Positions 23,521 to 40,742 of a DNA stretch of 64,000 nt are shown here, one piece after another. Numbering within the stretch: the stretch's first letter is position 1; every line of letters starts with the position of its first letter. The DNA is taken from positions 3,671,801 to 3,735,800 of the forward strand of contig OZ316891.1 in the NCBI GenBank assembly GCA_973895155.1, in the 5' to 3' direction. The notes under the pieces were generated by a model, which saw only the letters and a list, made by a program, of their open reading frames with translations, was not told where the DNA came from and made no database searches. The position numbers and the translations under genes are program-made. Source of the stretch: Marsupella aquatica (lineage: Eukaryota; Plantae; Marchantiophyta).

Positions 23521-26280
23521 TTGTAATGGCAAGTGGAGTCATGTTTTATGACCAGCCCAATCAACTTTTACAACAATATGAGCTGTTTGTATATACTATA
23601 GCTAGTTCAGTCATTTGTTAGGACCATGGAGTTGGGCTTTACATCAAACTATGTCATATGTTATGACTCAAAGAGTCATAGTAGTGGCAAGTGGAGTAAT
23701 ATCTTATGAACATCCCAGTCAATTTTTACAGCTATATGAGTCTTTTGTGAAGACTAGTTCAGACAATAAGACCATGGCGCGTGGAATTTTACAAAAGACT
23801 AAGTTGTGTGTTATGACTAGGGAAGTCATTGTAATGGAAAGCGGGGTTATTTATTTATTTTCTGTAAATTTAAGAAATTTACATATAATTGTGCGAAAAC
23901 CCCACGGATGAGTGAGGCGCCTACCAGCCTTAAGATTGTCACAAACACCGCGGATGTGATCTGCCACCTTTGACAGCACAGAAATCATGTCCAGTTTCCG
24001 GTGACCTCCTACACCAAACATGTGTTCATTTCTCCCAACCCAAAGGGTCCATAGAACCTGAAATATGAGGAACCACCTAAGAGAGTGTATCACTTCCCTG
24101 CCAGCTGCCGCCTCTAGGAGTCCACACAGCCCAATATTCAAACAAAGTAGCGAACCTTGGAAACACTGTTGGACAAGTGTCCATCCTCTACCAACATGAG
24201 TGCACTCCCAGAAGAGATGTGAGATAGATTCAATCACTCCCACACAAAGCTTGCAGTCCCAAACGTCTTGGTCAATCTTAAGAGCACGTTCCCCAGTGAA
24301 CAAACCCCCGAGCAATCACCCTCCAGATGAAGGTTTTTCCTCGCATTGATAAGGCACATTCCCACAGTTGAGTCCATCCGCTCGACCATTCTTCCACAGT
24401 CCTCGCCACTCCCCAACATCGATTGAGCGCCATCACATCCAGCACTACTGGTCTAAGGAACTGGTACGATCTGTAACTCTCCAATTTAAAGGCCTTCAGA
24501 GGCTCCAGTTTGTCTTCCTAGCGACACTGATCAGCACAAAGGTCCACATCTGAGCAGCAGTCTTGTGCCCTGGAAATCAGGGCAGGAAACTCAGCGCCCC
24601 GGGCCAGAGCCGGAGCATTGAGGCCCCTGATCAGCAAGAGACGTCCAAAAACATCACGCCAACAATTTCTCTCAACATCCCAAAGATCGCCTATGGCTCA
24701 AACACCCAACTTGTCGCACAGATTGGAAACTTCCAAGATGCTCCCATTAGGAAGGGAGTGAAATCCTCTCACACAGAAAAGCTAGTCCTCCACTGACCAC
24801 CATCCCGGGAACCCCCTCATCCCAGGGACAAAGCATAAAAAATCCCTCCACAGTCCCCCAATGTATGGTACTCCACCCAAGGATCTAGGAGAACAGAGCA
24901 GTATCTTGTCTTGAAAGGAGTATTGATTCCTTCTCAGCACTTTGTAATGCATCCAGCCAGCAAGCTTCAGGTTAGCATCCAGTAGTTTAGCCCATCCCGA
25001 TTTGGGGTCATCCAAGGCTTTCGTAAACCACTGACATAAGAGCGCATCTGAGTGACTGCGGAAATCTTTGAATCCAAGGCCTCCCTTAGCTCAAGGTTAA
25101 GCCATTCGTTTCCAGGCTACTAGTGGAATCTTCTTACCGCCCTCAACATTATAGCCCCACAGAAAATCATGACATAATGCAATCATCTTCTTAGCAAGTC
25201 CCTCTAAAGATCTCAGGAATGTCATGTGGTAGATGGGGATAGCCTGCAGTACATGGCGGACCAGAACAGTTCAACCTGTCAAGGACAGAAACTTTGACAC
25301 CCAAGACGATAGCCGTGCTCCAATCTTGTCCAGACAGAATGAGTGAAGTTGATTCAGTTTTAGCCCCCTCCATCGGAGCGCCCAAGTACTTCTGGACCTC
25401 ACCTTTGCGACTGATCCTACACCTTGTCGCAGTCAGCCAAGCAAGGATCTCCTCCATTGCAAATGGGATCACCGTTGACTTTTGCAGATTCAGTCTCGCA
25501 CCTGTAGTAGACTCATAGCAAGCAAGCAGACTCCTGACCTGCTGAAAAGCCATCTCATTTGCAGAGATGAAGATCCCCAAGTCATCCGCAAACAATCTAT
25601 AACATATGGTAAGATTCTCAGATATTCTAATACCACATAGACGTCCAGCAGATAATTCAGCATCCATAAAGTCCATCAAGGGTTATGTAGAGATCACAAA
25701 AAGGCGGGCAAAAAGGAGAGGAGACAAAGGGCATCCTTGCCGCACCCCCCGGCTCAGTCCGATAGATCTAGATAGTAAACCATTTACTTGTATCTTAGAG
25801 GTTGCACCCCTAAGCAGAGCCTTCACCAGCCTAATAAAATGGCTCCTGATCCCTAATAGGTGCATCGAATCCCAAATATAATCATGATTTACTCTATCAA
25901 AGGCTTTTTCAAAATCCAATTTTAGAAACAACGTGCCTTTTCTTCTCTTACTAACCCAGTCGCCAGTTAGCCAAGCCACCAAGATATTCTCTAAGAAAGC
26001 GAGGTTATTTCTTTTGACCAGCCCAGTCTATTTTTACAACAATATCAGTCATTTGTGAAGCCTAGTTTAGACATTTGTTAGAACCATGGAGTGGGGTTTT
26101 ACAGAAAACTATGTCATATGTTAAGACTAAGGGAGTCATATTAATGGCAAGTGGAGTTATTTGGTATCACCAGCCAAGTCATTTTTACAAGGATTTGAGT
26201 TGTTTGTAAAGACTAGTTCAAACATTTGTTATGACCGTGGAGTGGAATTTTACAAAAACTAAAGTCATATGTTATGACTA
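23521..26280. repeat. ~150-bp subterminal tandem repeat of the CACTA (about 4 copies), split by the LINE
   Basis: Unit gtaatggcaagtggagt..accagcc..ttttacaa..ctagttcag..accatgga..ttttaca..gtcatatgttatgact recurs at ~23523, ~23681, ~23831/26011 and ~26141. Confidence 0.8.
23853..25994 (-). mobile_element. 5'-truncated, decayed L1-clade LINE
   Basis: RT motifs LKLDFEKAFDRV, GVRQGCPLSPLLF, LFADD, KYLG; C-terminal CKLC..HLFWEC; (TAAA)n tail; 16-bp TSD gaaagcg(g/a)ggttattt at 23837-23852 and 25995-26010. Confidence 0.92.
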
Positions 26281-27570
26281 CTAGAGATATTTTTTATGAC
26301 TAGTGGATCAATTTGTTTGAACAAGACGAGTTGCTTGTTAAGAGTTTTGTTGCAAAATTCTAAGTGCACATTGTAATTATTAATGACTTACACAAGAGTC
26401 ATTCAAATGATTCTTGCCCATTTGAGTGGCAAGACACATGAATTGAGTCTTAGAAATGACTCAAGTGAAAGTGAGTCCTAAGTGAGTCATACCCTAGTCC
26501 CAAGTGGAGTCATAATTGACCCCGTTTCTACTAGTGTACCAACTTTCTGCCCAATAAAAAACCCCTCCTTTGGTGATGTTGCCCCCACCTTTGCAAACCA
26601 GGAGCCCTTTTGCCCACTGTTGTATGGACGTCTATATGGCTCCAAATTATGACCGTCTTAGCTTCACTTTGGCCATGCCATACCTTCCAACAAGCCCATA
26701 AAATTGAACCTTTGAGCTTGTAGAAAAACCCATCTTTGTACAATTCAAATCCGTAAAACTGTATGTTTTGGATCTTATCATCATCGGACTGCTCCCCATC
26801 AGCAGACACCATCATGATGTCTTAGAGTTTTCCAGACTTGGAGCGTCATCAATATCCTCATGTGGCAACAAAGAAAAAGTAGGGAACAAGGAAAACTAGG
26901 GAAAGAGGAAGAGAAGAGAAAATATAATGGAGAAAGAATTAAAGGGAATCCCTTCCTTTTGGGGGTGGAAAAGGGAAAAAGAAAGGGAACCCCTCCCTGC
27001 ATCTTCACAAATCTTCCCCATGGAACCATCCCAGCAACACTAATACTAGGTTGCCTAGTCTTCCACTCCATACTGTTGGAGGATGGCCAAGGCATTCCAA
27101 GCCTTATTACATCCTTTTACAGGCATAATTTCTCCCCCAACTCAAGTTTCAAAATGAGCAAACATGACAACATTTGAAGCAGTTCTAACAAAGAAAATGT
27201 GGGTTTCAGTTTTGGTACTTTCCATATCTTGAGCCTTTCACCTGATTTTGCATTCACACTCGGAGCCTCAGTGTTTCCCTTTAGGTTCCTGGTTGACCCT
27301 TTGGGCGTGTGGACATCTCTATTTGTTTCAAGCACAAAAGTTTCTTTGGATCACTACTAGCCGAGAAACATTTGTTTTAAGTTTAAGCATCTTCTATTTT
27401 TTAGCCAACCATTCTTCTGGTTTTGCTCCTTGAGTGGAGCCTCCAGCCAACTTTGTGGTACATCCTTCCAGCCTCTTGTGCCCTCTGAGTGGCTCTGGTG
27501 CCACACTGGGACAAAATTCCACCACCAAGGGCCCCAACTTTGGCTTTGGATTGTGGCATCAACTTATTAG

Positions 27571-27861
27571 AATCTTAGGGGGTTGACTATCAAAAATCTT
27601 AGGAACCACATGCGATCCAAAATAGGTATTTTTGGTAGAAATTAACTAAATTTTTAAAATGCATAGCAGACAAAAGAAGGTATTATAAACTCATGTTTAT
27701 AGCATATTCTTTAATATATAACTTTTATAATGTAAAATAGGTTATTAATATTGAAAATGGTGAACATTCTTGGATTTTTTTTCTATAAAATAGGTCTATT
27801 ATATTAGGCTAGGATCGCACATGGTACCCCAAAATATACACTTAGTTAACCCCCCGAGATT
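27571..27861. mobile_element. MITE with ~60-bp imperfect TIRs
   Basis: aatcttagggggttgacta..ggaaccacatgcgatcc versus ggatcgcacatggtacc..tagttaaccccccgagatt; AT-rich core; ATTAGAA overlaps both ends as a candidate TSD. Confidence 0.7.
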
Positions 27862-28530
27862 AGAACTAACAAAAAATTCACAAAAGACCTGTCACTTTCT
27901 ATGCACTAGTGCATTGAGATGTGAGTCGCGCGTGTATGGATGTGTCCACATGACAATCCAATAAGAATGCACAAGCAACAAACCACCAAGGATATTGTGT
28001 TGGCTTGTGTTAGTCCCCACAACATGATTGTTGAGGATGAGACATTGGAGATGTTACAATTTTAATGAAAGGGCTCTTGCTAGTCAAGCCAAAAGGCTTC
28101 CTATTGGCACTCGAAGGAGTAGTTTCAAGCCACCAAGATGATTGAAGGTCTAGAAACAAACTACTTATTGCAAAAATGACCTTGTTGATACCTATGGGCT
28201 TTGAAAGGATGAGGTCACCTATTTGACTATGTAGGTTCAACTGAAGGTCATTACTTCCATAGTGATATAGTAGATTTTATCATTATTTTTATTTTTTAAT
28301 ATGAGACTTTATAGCAAAGGCAGGGGGCCAAACCACCCAACACCAAAGAATGCAACAAAAGCCCAACGGAACACACCAATGCCCAACCTACTCCGGCCAA
28401 AAGACCCGGTGCAGCCAGATGTCAAATTTACTAGCTGATCAGGCTATGAGTAGTCAATGTAGGTCTATTCCCTTTGAAATTTCTAGCGTAATTAGAGAGA
28501 TTAAGTTGAGTGGGTCCCATACTGCTGTAG

Positions 28531-29468
28531 TTGCTACCGGTTCCATGGTGTGTGGTGCTAAGAGTTGAGTAGAATCCCCTGCCAGGTGCAGTAAGCACTT
28601 TGTCCCCACCAAATTTCCTGAGGTAGTGATGTGGTACAAGTCCATTCCAGTTTCAAATAAGTAAGTCAGTGGACCTCACTTTATGAAACAACAAATATTT
28701 GGCAACATTTGCACACCCATTTGCTACAGGTTCCATGGTGTGTGGTGCTAAGAGTTGAGTAGAATCCCCTGCCAGGTGCAGTAAGCACTCTGTCCCCACC
28801 AAATTTCCTGAGGTAGTGATGTGGTACAAGTCCATTCCAGTTTCAAATAAGTAAGTCAGTGGAGCTCACTTTATGAAACAACAGATATTTGGCAACATTT
28901 GCACACCCATTCTTTGCCCTTGTTTGTCAACAGAAGCAAAATGGCCTCTCCCACCTGTCCATTGCCACTCCATGCATGGGGGCGCCTTTGCAATTTGAAT
29001 GTATCTTTATCCAATCTTCCAGATCTGGCGAACAAAGCCTGAACATGGATTTGTTTAGTGTTTGGCAAACTTCACTGATATTTCCTTGGTTGCATGGGGG
29101 CTCCTTTGCAATCTTTGAATGTATCTTTATCAAATCGTCCAGATCTGGCGAACAAAGCCTAAACATGGATGTGCTTAGTGTTTGGCAAACTTCACTGATA
29201 TTTCCTTGGTATGATTTGCGAGACATTTTCCAGGTCAGATGTAAGAAGTTTTTTGCCAACAACAACGTGGCTAGACCAACCTTTTTCAGACTTTTCCGAG
29301 AGTGCCTTCGTATGAAATCAACAAACTACCGTGTTTTGAAACTACAGTAAACCAGGTCCAAGGCAGGGGCAAATGGAAGACTTTTCCGAGAGTGCCTTTG
29401 TATGAAATCAACAAACTACCACGTTTTGAAACTACAGTAAACCAGGTTCCAAGGCAGGGGCAAATGGA
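28531..29468. repeat. Three consecutive tandem duplications (190, ~119, ~90 bp)
   Basis: 28531-28720/28721-28910; 28973-29090/29091-29210; 29288-29377/29378-29468, each with few mismatches. Confidence 0.92.
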
Positions 29469-30402
29469 GATACAGAAAATGGGGTGACAACTTATGCGGA
29501 CAGGAGGCTTACTACCATTCCATTTTTATCCTTTCTGCAACGAGGAAGTTCTCTTTTCCATCCGTGATATACCTCAGCATCTTTGCTCAAATGTGTACAC
29601 TTTTGCTAGACAGTTGAGGGTTAACTTTCGGCCTTGAAAGAGTGTACTTATTGCTGTCCAGAATATCCCACTTTCTTCGTGGATATTTCAAAAACACAAT
29701 CCGTCTCATGGGTCCACAGGTCTTTCCCTTTGGTTTGGCCGGAGCATTGATTACTTGAGTAGTAAAACGAGACACGACCCCAACTGCAACTGAACTAAAT
29801 CCACGTAATATCTATGTGGATGCAGTTGCAGTAAATGAATACTCCAAGTCGTCCTGATTAAGAGCAGCGAGCTACCATACGGACATGGGGCAACGACATC
29901 ACGGGTATAACAAAAGACTAGTCCACCAGACACGCTGGAGGAGAAACGAGCAACAACCAGGTGTACAAACATCAAGTGCACAAGCCTCGAAAGAATCCTG
30001 TCACTACGCAGTTGAATTCCAAATGTCTATCGCTCACAAAGTCATAATATCCAATACGATATTTCTTAAACCAGGCTCTGAAAGTAACTTCTACCATCAT
30101 GGTTAGATTAGATGTGCTGGATATTATAAAAAGCAATTTACAGTTACATTCTAAGAAATTTCAATCCAAGAAAACTCTGATAACCTCAAATGGCTGATCC
30201 AACTCTCCCCATTTTCAAAACTTCCATCTCTACACAATTTCTCAACTCTGCGCGTTATCAAAGATGGAACTGAATTTCCTAAAATACCTCTAGGTTTAGA
30301 GAGCCAACACTCAACTGCACGTAAAGGGACCCCATATCAAACAAGCCTTTCTTGCAGAGGTGAAACCACCGTGCAAGCTGCGCACTGCCGTAGCCCACCA
30401 AA

Positions 30403-35763
<5,361 letters not shown>

Positions 35764-35899
35764 GATGACTAACTACACCAATTCTTCTTTCTTCCCGGCC
35801 CCGTCAAATCGAGGCAGAATCCCTGAGCGGACACTCGACTCCGCAAATCGAAGCTCCTCCTCCCCCCTTCCACCAAACTCGGAGAAGGCGACGAGCGCA

Positions 35900-36330
35900 G
35901 ACCGACTCCTCACTGCATCATTCTGCGACGCACACCGGCAGAACAGAACAGGAGCGATTGACCGACTCCTCACTGCCCTCGCAGACGCAAAGAGGGAGAT
36001 CAAACTCAGAAGAGACGTAACAAGAGATGGACTCAAGAGATCAGAAACTACGCCATCAAACGAACAGTCTGGACGAACGAAAATAGATCAACAGAATCCT
36101 CACTGCATCATTCTGCCAACGCCCACCGGGAGAACAGAACCAGGAGCGATCGACCGACTCCTCACTGCCCACAAAGGCGCAGAGAGGGAGATCAAACTCG
36201 GAAGAGACGTAACAAGAGATGGACTCAGAGATCAGAAACTACGCCATCAAACGAGCAGATTGGACGAACGAAAGTAAGATCGACAGACTCCTCACTGCAT
36301 CGCCTTGCGGACGCAGAGAGGGGAGATGGC
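35900..36330. repeat. ~190-bp tandem repeat (~2.3 copies) upstream of VHA-B
   Basis: Core gaccgactcctcactgc occurs 5 times (some variant); periods 190 and 192. Confidence 0.9.
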
Positions 36331-37006
36331 ACACAGAGAGATCGATCGCAAGAGGAGGAGCTTTGGACGAAGAGATCGGACGAGGCCTCACTCCCTCGCC
36401 ATCGATCGTTCACTCTACCCGGTCACCCGGTCATCCGGTAATCCCCGTGAGAAAAAAAGAGACCGTGGCCCTCTTTTCCAGGTTGCTGGTCGAAAGGACG
36501 CCCAGGTGTCGGTCAGGCCGGTCACACCTTGCTACAGTAGCAGCTCCTGGCGACGAGAACAGGGTACTTAGCACTCGGAGAGGTACTCGGTGATGCGACC
36601 CCCCGCCGATGATATTAGTCGTAAATGAGGTACGAAATACACGTTTCTTGTGTAACCACAGTGTTAATTAACCGTGATTAGTGTCGCACGCTAATTCGAG
36701 ACCGGATATTTCGCTTACGCCCTCACTTAGAGTTCCAGTCTTGAGGCTTCACTTTAGACTATAGGCTTAGGAAATAGCTTGTGATCACGCTTTATTAGTA
36801 AGATTACTAAACCCAATTGTAAATGCATAATTTCCAGTAATTCTGATAACAACCTGACCTTTTTTCTTTTCCTTCACTATTTTCATGGTGAGAAAAGGTT
36901 CAAAAAATTTGTGAGTTTCTACTGGTATATTTGGTTACCAGATATGGCTTTTCTAAACAGTCTAGACTGAAACATTCAAACTGTTGGAACAGATCCGAAT
37001 GGAGCG

Positions 37007-37172
37007 TATCCTTGTGTAACCATTTTAGTGTAGGCTCCTTACCATTTATGGAGGTCCTTGCTAATTCCATAACATATGTTATCCTTGTGTAACCATTTCT
37101 AAAGGTCTTTGTTATTTCCACAGTATAGGTTATCCTCGTGTGACCAATTGTGGAGGTCCTTGCTATTTCCAC
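37007..37172. repeat. Degenerate ~52-bp tandem repeat (3 copies)
   Basis: tatcct(t/c)gtgt(a/g)acca..aggtc(c/t)ttg(c/t)ta(a/t)ttcca recurs. Confidence 0.65.
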
Positions 37173-40100
37173 ATTCCATTGTCAAAACTCGTAATGTATA
37201 GCTTTGTTCCGTATCGCATATATGTCATATAAACATGGTCTGGGCTGGGGTTTTAGTCTTAACCCTACTCCAAGAATGCTCATAAAGGTTTTGTGGTTAC
37301 TGTCGATCAACTCTTTTTTTCTGGTCATAGGAGTACAACCCAATAACCCCTTGCCCCGACTGTCATTACCCTTATGAGAGCCTGTCGCATGGTACAGGTT
37401 GTGGGGCGAGGGTGCCCCAAGTGGCAAAGGCCCATGCCACCATTGTGAACTGCGGAGCGGAAGGCAGGGCAGACATTGGTGTTTGAGTTTCTTGAAGGTT
37501 CTATCCTTAGAGGGTTCAAAGGTCGCCCAATCTTGTTTTCCTTTGTTCAAAGGTGAACCTCAGGCTATCTACAGGGTTTGGCACGGTGGCTGCCTCATAA
37601 ATGGTGGCCATAAGTTGTGTCACGGCTTTGGCCTGAGTATTCCTCACTTTCTCTGCCTGAGTTAAGGTGCTATAAAAGTTGTGCTGCCCCCATCCCTCCT
37701 CTATGAGCATTGTTGGTGAGGTCAAACATGGGGGTGTGCCTCTTAGAAAAGCTGGTCCGTGCCAGCTTTGACACCCCCTTGTTGTTACTCCTTACCACCA
37801 TGTGTAAATTCCTTGTTCTTTGGTTTATTCCTATGAACCACAGACAATGATTAAACCCAGCAATAATATATGAAATTGTAACATACAATCTTTGAACCAT
37901 CAGTGTTGATTGCCATTTCCCCAGACCCCCGTTGTGGCCAACCTCTCATATGATATCCATTTTGGGGTGGATTGCCAATAGGGCCAGAGGTGGAGAATAT
38001 CTATGGTTTAGGAATTCTCCAGTGCACATTCACCGTACTCCTCACCATCCACACACCCCTTGCCATGAAAACCATTCTCACATGTCTTTGTGGGAGATGC
38101 TCCAAGTTCTACTCAAGACCATCTTGTGTAACCTTGTCTGAAACCCCTTCCCAAACCTAAAAATAGCCCGCTCAAGCCCAAAAGCACCAGGAAAGACATA
38201 TTGGTGAATAAATTTCTCATTCTAGGATTGTTTGTCAAAAATGGGGTTGGGTCTCTCCCACACTCACTTGTGGGAGCCGGATTCCATGGCCAACCTAGGT
38301 CCTTGCTTGTGGATTCATATGTAATGGGTGGAATTGCATAAAGTCATCCCCTCATCGATCATTCCAAATAGTGTTGCTAAACAGAACCAGGTGACAATTG
38401 CCAACTGGATCCCTCATGGTGGTCACTCATGTGTGCAAACATTTGCATCAAGATGGAGTCACCCATGTTGGAAAGAGTTCACAATTAGTGAGATTTGTAA
38501 TAAGGAGGGTGTGAGGTAAGGGAGTGGTGTCATTGGGCTAGCTGGGGTGATCACATATTAGATCAAGTTGGTACTTTCTAGGTTCTAGTTTGGGGCCACT
38601 CTCTAATGGCTCAACTAGTTCACACGCCCCTGATTGGGTGTGGTGTTTCCTTCCATTTTTTTTTGGGGGGGGAGGGGCGTCTCACCTTGTCTCCCACACC
38701 ATTATGGTTTGGCAATATGTGTTCCATTTGCTTGGGTGGATTCCTCCCCCCCCCCCCCCCCCTTGCTTGGAATGGATAGGGTTGACTTCAACTACTATAA
38801 CTGATCTTCCAGATTATGGTAAACAGAGTAAAGGTGTACTACCCTAGCTTCCTTTTGTGTCGGATTCGTTTCTGAGCTACTTATGGTAGATCATCACCTC
38901 AAACACACAATTCCAACTCCAACATCGTCGCCCACATCTTAGCAGGCTGCCACTTCTAAAGAAACATAGTGTAACTACCCTATCTTCCTGTTCCTAGGGG
39001 TTAGCTACTTTAGGGCTACTGTAGGGCCTCACTGTGAGGTCTGGGGTGCATAAGATGTGTTGTGATGCCATGTTTGTCCCCTTACATATTTACTGTAGAG
39101 AGGGAAAAGTTTGCCTAAACTTTGTTAGTACATAACTCCAACACTTGGTTGGGTTGACTAAAGCACAAATTAACCATGATAAAGAGCTGTTGAGGTTAGA
39201 CTAAGGCAGAAGGTATACCCTTGAGAGCACTTCATTGTGCTCATGCTTAGATATCAATTTGAGTAGTTAGAGACTTACAAAGGAAGACTTGTCATGAAGC
39301 AACTTGTGAGTTTGCCCAAATGTGGCAAATGTATTGAGATGTAGACAAGATATATTGGGGTGAACCACATATCCTAGTGTTGTTGTCTATTGCCAATTGT
39401 ACACTGGTCCTTTGTGACATTGTGCTGTGCACTACTTTTTACATGACTTTTCTATTTCACTTGTGCAAAGTGTTATGCGAGTCAAATTTAATGTTCTGCA
39501 TGTGTTTATGTGGGTTTTGTATCACATGTGCATCCATGCATCATGTCAAACATTTGTGTTCATCTGGTTTCAGTTTCCAATCAATACAATTATAAAATTA
39601 ATGTAAGTATCAGAATTATGTCAAATTACATGTAAATGGAAACCCTAGTCTGAATTTTGTCCGAATCCAACAGTGACCACACTACTTTTTAAGCGATCAT
39701 TCCACATGTACAGTTGCCTCTCCCTAAGTGCACAATGCCTAAGTGAAAAACCTGGATAATTGCAAGGGGTCCTGTTCTTCCTTCTTCAGGACCATTTTGT
39801 ACTCAAAAAGTACAAAGAGGGCTGCACTAATCAACAAATAAATAAGTGCAAACCCTTTGTACCTGTATATGAACACTTGTGCATAGGTGCAAATTCTTTG
39901 GGAAATTCCTTAGATTCAAAGGGAAGTGTTAGGGGAGGTTGGTTGGATTTTGACTTGAGGTGCCCCCCAGCATGGATGGGCCTGACTCCTGACATGCTAT
40001 TTCCGTACCATGCTGACAATGCCTACATTGTGGCTTGGGACAATCGACTGTAACTTGAGAACAACAAGTGATCTCAACAAACACGTAGATATGTTACAAG

Positions 40101-40258
40101 ATGGGGAATGGGTTACCAAAGGAGAGTTTTGCCAAAATCAATGGTCAAGATTGTTTGATAACCCATTCCCCACTTCTTGCTACCTTCCCCTTTTCTTGTT
40201 ACCAAGGAGTTATCAAGAGAAGAACTCTTTGGTAACCCTTAACTACAAAGTTAAAATC

Positions 40259-40333
40259 CATTGAATTCTGAGCTTTGAGAGACCCTAATTTTGAGGGTTT
40301 GAATTAGGGTCTCTCGAAGCTCAGAATTTAATG
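40259..40333. repeat. Near-perfect inverted repeat (32-bp arms, 11-nt loop)
   Basis: cattgaattctgagctttgagagaccctaatt / aattagggtctctcgaagctcagaatttaatg; another direct copy of the arm at ~40670-40702. Confidence 0.9.
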
Positions 40334-40715
40334 CAATTCCAGAGAAATTAGGGTCTCCAAAATTTTATCCTATTCTGAAATTATCCTATTTTATATTATT
40401 TTAGATAACTTAAATATCTTAGATATCTAAAATATAGTTTAGACCCTAATATAAATCATAATATAAATCATACCAGGCGCATGACCAATGAGGTTTGGTC
40501 GATCACAAAAGCTGAACAGTTACAAACCTACTCTCTTTAATATTGTACACTGTATTTTGGAGAATTGTGTGTGCAGAATTTCAGTGCAAGCAGAAAAAAG
40601 ACTTGGAGGCATTTTAGTGCACCCACCACAAAACTGAACTGAAAGTTCAGCCAAAAATCAGAATACCATAAAATCCATCAAATTCTGAGCTTTGAGAGAC
40701 CCCCTATTCTCTTCA

Positions 40716-40742
40716 GGTAGGGTAGGGTAGGGTAGGGTAGGG
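40716..40742. repeat. (GGTAG)n microsatellite, G-quadruplex-compatible
   Basis: ggtagggtagggtagggtagggtaggg: five GGG runs spaced by TA. Confidence 0.85.

Larger units (their letters stand above)
20610..26536. mobile_element. Non-autonomous CACTA (En/Spm) DNA transposon
   Basis: TIRs CACTAGTAGAAA..GGGGTC(G/A)ATTATGAC at both ends, 3-bp TSD TAC (20607-20609 and 26537-26539), many ATGACT/AGTCAT subterminal motifs; no TnpD recognised. Confidence 0.93.

Noticed and set aside
28889-29350. 153-aa ORF with internal repeat
   Set aside because: Explained by the tandem duplication; no recognisable domain
37182-38850. Possible decayed TE coding region
   Set aside because: Fragmentary ORFs without diagnostic motifs or termini
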